This document shows positions 60,947 through 64,000 of a stretch of 64,000 bases of DNA, one piece after another; positions within the stretch are counted from its first letter, which is position 1, and every line of letters starts with the position of its first letter. Location: the NCBI RefSeq assembly GCF_902713615.1, contig NC_052146.1, forward strand, positions 53,498,388-53,562,387, written 5' to 3'. Both the position numbers and the translations under genes were made by a program. The stretch comes from Scyliorhinus canicula (lineage: Eukaryota). The notes under the pieces are model-generated. The model ran no database searches and was not told where the DNA came from. It saw only the letters and a list, made by a program, of their open reading frames with translations.

Positions 60947-63213
60947 GAGCCCTCTTCAAGAAGAAACATCTTAATTAATCCAAACAACAAATCCTTACTC
61001 TGCTTCAGGACGTTTTATGAGGCAGTACCACTCTATATGCTCGAGTATGAATCTTTAGCTGCTTGTACAGAATGTTGTTTCAGTTATGTTTTGCAGTTAT
61101 ATCATCAAAAAGGGAAGTAATTGAAATATTTTTTTTCAAAATACAATCCTTTGAGAACTGTACTGTCGGCAATCCCCCTCAAAACATTCTTTTGGAAAGG
61201 CCGAGAGAAAAAAAAGCAGAAAGAAAGATTTAATTTTGAGATAGACAGCTGGAGTCAGATTTCTGCTTTCTCAAACAAAAATGATTGAATCCTTTAAACA
61301 TTATGCATTTCGTGGTTGTTAAACAATCGTGCCGTTTTTGCAACTTCAGAAACAGCACTCGGGGATTTCATTGACTGGGATTTCCTATATTTCTAGAGGA
61401 CCCTCCACAGCACAACATGGTAGCTAATCAAAGTACACTTAGAGCCCTTCCTTAAACAAGACCCCATGAGAATATCAGGATGCCACTAAGAAGGAATGAA
61501 TGACCTCTTGTCCACCTGCAGTTTAAAACAATATGCACCACTCTGGGCTTTGGGGACCATTCATTCAGTGCTATTTTCTTCCTTAATTCACACATAAAGC
61601 TTCACCATAGCGTGTAACCCTTGTCTTAACTTTGTCTGTGAGGAAACAATGTTTCAGTTTAAAAAAAATTTCTTCTCTGAAGGCTTCAGGGTTAGCAATT
61701 AGGAAGTGAATAATCGGTAACATGCGAAAAGACTTCTCCGCACGCCAGCAAAAGCTTTCTTGCCCTTGGGCATTTTTGTTAGTTCCCAGATGCCAAAGTT
61801 AAGAGCCAGTCAATCTTTGATCATTTGACATTAGTTTGGCTTTTTTCAAAAATAGATAGAGTAGATGTGCAAGTGGGGTCGAAAATTCAGTGAAAGCAGG
61901 ATGCAACACATTAACTAAATCTTTACCACATCCTTTTAAAAACATTGCATGTGTAATTGCATCTATCGAATCTTTCAACTTGTAGAAATAACAGAATGAG
62001 ATATGTTCATTACACACAACCCCATGCAAATACTTCTGCATCTCTTTCTAAATAAACTTTGCGTCAAAAACACAGTTTATTTAAATTTACGTTAATTAAG
62101 TCAATACTTATGCAAGAGGATTCAACAAATGCATCCTTGCTTAAGTTGGCTCCAACATCCACAGTATTAGGCTTGCACTTTTTACAATGCATCATCATAG
62201 TGGACTCGGCAAAAAAAAGCCAATTGATACATCAGCCAGTAATTTATTAGCCCAAACCAGCTGAGATCTAGCTCATACATTTACTGGTGAAATGACTCTG
62301 AAACTAGAAACCCCCATCCTTCTTGTAAAAAAAAAGAAATTTGATTACACTAAGTAATGCATTTGGAAAAAAAGAACACAAGGCAGCAAAACCAATTTAT
62401 TCTTTGGGTGTTCTTTTAGCTTGATACTGAAGTCCCAGATGCATGAGCAAAGATCAACACGAATCTAATTCGGCCCTATTTCAGAATTGCTGAACACTTG
62501 TATTTTAAGTCCCTGATTCAAGGAACTATTTATATTGTTCAAAAGTAGAGCGTTTCCAAGCTGGATGTCCCTCTCACCACTCCCCCCCACCCCTCCCCCC
62601 CCCCCCCCCCCCCCCCACCTTTTGAATCCTTCTCAGGCCTTTAAGTAACGTATCCCAACAAAATGCCATCCTGAGGATTAGCCAAATGCATTTTAAGGAA
62701 GCGCACTCCAAAGTGGATGATGTCACTTGACAGACATTGTGAATGTTTTATAGATAATAATGTTTTATTGTTGATGTATGTGGAAATTGTAAATAGGCTA
62801 TATCTGTGCACTTCTGCTCGGTGTGTGTGGTGGAAATAACAACTGCACACAAAATTACTGTCAAGCCTGCCTTTGATTGATCACATTTAACATCATCTCA
62901 CAAATTAAATACCTAACAGTAGTTGCTGATGAATGACCATAAATTATTAACTCACAAATCAAACGCTATCAATAACAAATTTAATGGCAGTTCTTACTCC
63001 AAATTACATAATTATATAAATTGATATGTAGGTTTTTGATCTCTTATTAGTAAATGCAAGGGCGGATTCCAAAATATGGCATTAAATTAAAGGCTTTCTG
63101 ACAGAAAACATAAAATGCCATCACATTTTAAATGTAGTCATCCTCACAACTGGCAGAGATTGATGAGATCCGCTCAGTGAAGTTGCTTTCACAAGAAACC
63201 CTGAATAACATAA

Positions 63214-63919
63214 TGTTACGGCACCCTGGGTTAGAGCACGGTCGATTCTAGCCCCACAGACCCCAGAGTTCCAGCACAAGTGAATCAACCAGTAAATTGT
63301 ATAAAGTTTCTGAGCTCTTTTTCCCTTGACTGCTCCAATGACTTACAGGCATCATGTTTGTAAGTGGCACAAACTACTGCTACCCCCTTTTACTGCCTCA
63401 CCCTCTTCCCACTCACACACAAGACAGACATACACAAAGGAAGGGAAAGGGGTAATACGATAGGGATTAAAATGGAAAAAGAGAGATGAGAGTCCTTGTT
63501 TCTGATATTGAAGTTGTTGTAGCCGGTTATTGTACCACGATGTAGAGTGTTGAAACCATCGGTTTGATTGCTAATGAGGATCTTCTGGCAATAATAATAA
63601 CAATAATCGCTTGTTGTCACAAGTAGGCTTCTTCAATGAAGTTACTGTGAAAATCTCCTAGTCGTCACATTCTGACGCCTATTCGAAGAGGCCGGTACAG
63701 GAATTGAACCCGCGCTGCTGGCCTTGTTCTGCAATACAAGCCAGCTGTTTAGCCCACTGTGCTAAACCAACCAGTAAGATTCAGTCAGAGCTTCCAGGCT
63801 GCAGAATTTCCTCTGGGATACGTGCCACTTTCACTTTTATTACCTGGGCCTTCACGCAATAGAACAGTGTCAGGCCTGTGTAATTCCTATTTGTTTCAAA
63901 CTCCACCAGAATGACCAAT
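63214..63919. mobile_element. Probable LTR remnant interrupted by SINEs
   Basis: Starts TGTTACG with an abrupt compositional change; other end not seen. Confidence 0.4.
63591..63772 (-). mobile_element. Full-length short tRNA-derived SINE with (ATT)n end
   Basis: Head GGTTTAGCACAGTGGGCTAA..GGGTTCAATTCC; tail TTTTCACAGTAACTTCATTGAAG..GTGACAACAAGCGATTATT. Confidence 0.85.
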
Positions 63920-64000
63920 ACAGCACGGTAGCCTTGTGGATAGCACAATCGCTTCACAGCTCCAGGGTCCCAGGTTTGATACTGGCTTGGGTCACTGTCT
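63920..64000 (+). mobile_element. V-SINE 5' end, cut by window edge
   Basis: CAGCACGGTAGC..GCTTCACAGCTCCAGGGTCCCAGGTT.GAT. Confidence 0.85.

Noticed and set aside
62575-62620. Poly-C runs (also ~17459-17475)
   Set aside because: Simple homopolymers, prone to sequencing error, with no associated structure.
1-64000. Prokaryote-style systems (CRISPR arrays, operons, defence islands, retrons)
   Set aside because: No regularly spaced repeat-spacer arrays and no dense intact ORFs. All RT and nuclease ORFs belong to known eukaryotic TE clades.

Overview
This is eukaryotic, repeat-dense DNA with no recognisable intact host protein-coding gene, rRNA, tRNA gene or CRISPR array. The repeat content points to a cartilaginous fish, probably a shark (inference): HE1-type V-SINEs, CR1 LINEs with esterase ORF1, a G-rich L1-clade LINE, K02A2.6-like Gypsy elements, two-gene PIF/Harbinger relics with many GGGC(T/G)GGATTCTCC-ended MITEs, a hAT/Buster MITE and a Penelope fragment. 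It is probably intronic or intergenic. Nearly all long ORFs in the track are TE-derived or spurious, and no TE here appears fully coding-competent. I found no convincing new multi-gene system. The most unusual structures are: (1) two ~100-125 bp patches copied in inverted orientation from nearby sites (11.6 and 17.0 kb) into a nested solo LTR at ~10 kb; (2) a hAT MITE whose interior is two abutting ~95-bp-arm near-perfect palindromes (T-shaped fold); (3) a circularly permuted single-LTR Gypsy element; (4) one V-SINE head/core carrying three different 3' tails; (5) tandem 131-bp promoter-like monomers at the 5' end of a young CR1; (6) a ~700-bp foldback element. TE-poor islands (~12.5-13.7 kb, ~58-60.2 kb, ~61-63.2 kb) contain candidate small exons and regulatory motifs. 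Coordinates were counted by hand, and boundaries of degraded elements are approximate.
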